NCBI GenBank assembly: GCA_048771875.1
Contig: CM109711.1
Location: forward strand, 4,239,768-4,303,767
Reading direction: 5' to 3'
DNA length: 64,000 nt
DNA from: Ctenodactylus gundi
Lineage: Eukaryota
Part shown: positions 62,300 through 64,000 of the stretch, piece by piece
How positions within the stretch are numbered: position 1 is the stretch's first letter
Layout of the letters: each line of letters begins with the position of its first letter
Notes under the pieces: model-generated
What the model saw: the letters and a program-made list of their open reading frames with translations, nothing else
What the model was told of the DNA's origin: nothing
Databases searched by the model: none
Program-made: the position numbers and the translations under genes

Positions 62300-62800
62300 C
62301 TGGTCTCCCGGTGACCGTTGGCGGGAGGGGCTGAGTACTTTGGAAAGGGGAGCCCCACTGCAGGTGCACGTGGGTGAGGTGGGGAGGGGGGCGCTAGTGG
62401 TCCCGGGCTGTTGCCTGGGTAACGCTGGGCCTGGCACACGAGGCGCTTTCAGCCTCACCCTCCCCTCCGGGAGGGGCCGGAGGCGTGCTAGGGGCGGGGG
62501 CGGCGCAGCGGCTGTGGAGCGTAGGGGAGGGGACCAAAGAAGAGGGAACCAGCGAACGGGAGGAGACAGGAGGGGAGACCTGCCGCCTCCCTCCTTCGCT
62601 CACTGACGTGCTCCCTCCCGGGCTGCGGCTGCTGCAACGGCGGCAGCGGCGGGAGCAGTCAGAGGCCGGCTTCGAGGGAAGACTGGTTCGGGCTAAAGCT
62701 TCGGGTAGGAAATGGACTGAAAGACTGCTGAAATGCACGGGAATTCGGGCGCCTGGAGGGCTGAAGGGTGGTGCTGGGCGCGCCGCTGCACCTTAGGGAG
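62300..62800 (+). promoter_or_regulatory. PRRT2: CpG island, probable PRRT2 promoter and non-coding exon 1
   Basis: GC- and CpG-rich block about 600-1100 bp upstream of the PRRT2 ATG exon, which starts with an acceptor at about 63373. Confidence 0.5.
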
Positions 62801-63399
62801 GAGGTGCTGGCTGGCCAAGGGCGAGGGAATCCCTGAGAGGGGCCTGAAAAGGGACTGAGGAGGCGCACAGGTTCCTCAGGATTAGGGGCGTCAACGCCCC
62901 AAACACGCAGTAATAAAACCCGCCTGCCCGACGGGCCTCCAGGGAGGGAAGGATGCAGAGGGAGTGGAATGTGTATGTTGGGTCCCCTGCTTAGCCGCCT
63001 TGTTGGAGTGTCAAGAGTGTTGGGTGTCCCCACAGCTTTTTGGTTTGGGGATGCTGGACCATCTGGTGTCTGGGAATGTGGATCTTGTTGCTGCCCAGGA
63101 AGAGACTCTGGGGAGGGGTTCTGTTTATAAAAGGGTTTATCTTCTTAGGGCTCCCCAAGCGGAAGACTGAGTAGAGCACTTCTCTAGGATGTACAACCCC
63201 AAGGCAAAGGAACCCCCTAACTTTCTTCCTCTCCCCAGAGACAGTCCCAGCCTGGCCCTGAGACAGGAGCCCGGTCCCCTCGGGCCTGAGCACCCCTCTC
63301 CCCTCCTCACACCAAGCCTATCTCTTCCTCTTCCAGGATTTGCTACTGTCTGCTGTTCCCCCCTCTCCACAGGGGCCCTCTCCCCTCTCCTATCTCAAA

Positions 63400-64000
63400 A
63401 TGGCAGCCAGCAGCTCTGAGGTCTCTGAGATGAAGGGGATGGAGGAGAGTTCTGAAACCCAGGGAGAAGGGCCTGGCCATTCTGAAGCTGGAACTGGCCC
63501 TGTCCAGGTCCCAGCAGGGGTCGCAGACCAGTCAGAGGCCCTGCAGCCAATCCCAGACACAACTGCAGCCCCTGTGGACTCAGGGCCAAAGGCTGGGCTG
63601 GCTCCAGAAACCACAGAGACCCTGACTGGTGCCCCAGACACAGCCCAAGCTGCAGACCTTAGCTTAAGTCCAGGAGGGGAATCAAAGGCCAACTCCAACC
63701 CTGAAGAAGCATGCCAAGAGCCAGCACCCAAACCAGAAGTGAACAGTGAGCCTACTGCAGACTCAGGGTCCAAGCAGGAGACTGCTGCCCCTCCTGAGCC
63801 TGCTTCGGATCCTGCTTCCAAGCTGGACTCCCAGTCCGACCCTCAGTCAGCTTCCCAGTCCACCCCCAAACTAGCCTCTCAACCAGACGCAACCCCTGAG
63901 GTCCCAACTGAGAGTGTGGGGGAGAAGCAAGAGAATGGGGCAGTGGTCCCTCTGCAGGCTGGTGAAGAGGAAGAGGGCCCAGCCCCTCAGCCCCACTCAC
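63400..64000 (+). CDS. PRRT2: PRRT2 (proline-rich transmembrane protein 2), start of the large coding exon, running off the window
   Basis: ATG at 63400. Translation [37 protein letters not shown]...[37 protein letters not shown]...[30 protein letters not shown]. Matches human PRRT2 (MAASSSEISEMKGVEES...[14 protein letters not shown]...[17 protein letters not shown]). No stop codon before 64000. Confidence 0.88.
   Translation, partial: MAASSSEVSEMKGMEESSETQGEGPGHSEAGTGPVQVPAGVADQSEALQPIPDTTAAPVDSGPKAGLAPETTETLTGAPDTAQAADLSLSPGGESKANSNPEEACQEPAPKPEVNSEPTADSGSKQETAAPPEPASDPASKLDSQSDPQSASQSTPKLASQPDATPEVPTESVGEKQENGAVVPLQAGEEEEGPAPQPHS

Overview
This is mammalian (rodent-type) chromosomal DNA, not a prokaryotic window. 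It is dense in B1/ID-type tRNA-derived SINEs and L1 fragments and carries CpG-island promoters and spliced genes with GT-AG introns. I see no operons, CRISPR arrays or tRNA/rRNA genes.

It covers the region syntenic to human 16p11.2, all on the + strand:
- ZG16 copy A, with coding exons at 4164-4218, 4374-4506 and 9528-9843.
- ZG16 copy B, with coding exons at 30703-30757, 30910-31042 and 36310-36613.
- KIF22, with 14 coding exons from 41063 to 55920 and a polyA signal near 56123.
- MAZ, with exon 1 at 57326, the zinc-finger exon at 57601-58448, a stop at 60293 and an alternative terminal poly-Ala exon at 60610-60758.
- The 5' end of PRRT2, whose CDS starts at 63400 and runs off the window.

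The most unusual feature is a mosaic direct segmental duplication. A ~10-kb block carrying the whole ZG16 gene (13-10095) is repeated at 26473-36866. Both copies have intact ORFs, signal peptides and canonical splice sites, so this looks like a two-gene ZG16 paralog family. A second block carrying the KIF22 CpG-island promoter and its 19-nt first coding exon (17230-18850) is repeated at 39655-41650. This leaves an orphan KIF22 promoter and exon 1 about 22 kb upstream of the real gene.

Identity between copies varies widely. It is about 75-80% in some intronic flanks and about 95% around the ZG16 exons. It reaches 97-99.5% in a 2.5-kb intronic tract and is essentially 100% over roughly 1.2 kb of the KIF22 promoter. 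This pattern points to repeated gene conversion; for the identical block, assembly error is also possible.

The 97-99.5% tract lies in ZG16 intron 2 and carries an antisense gammaretrovirus-like gag (MA-domain) ORF, present in both copies.

Copy-specific L1 and SINE insertions with target-site duplications show which transposon insertions postdate the duplication.

The large overlapping ORFs in the MAZ and KIF22 CpG islands are GC-content artefacts. All coordinates were counted by hand from the printed sequence and may be off by a few nucleotides.
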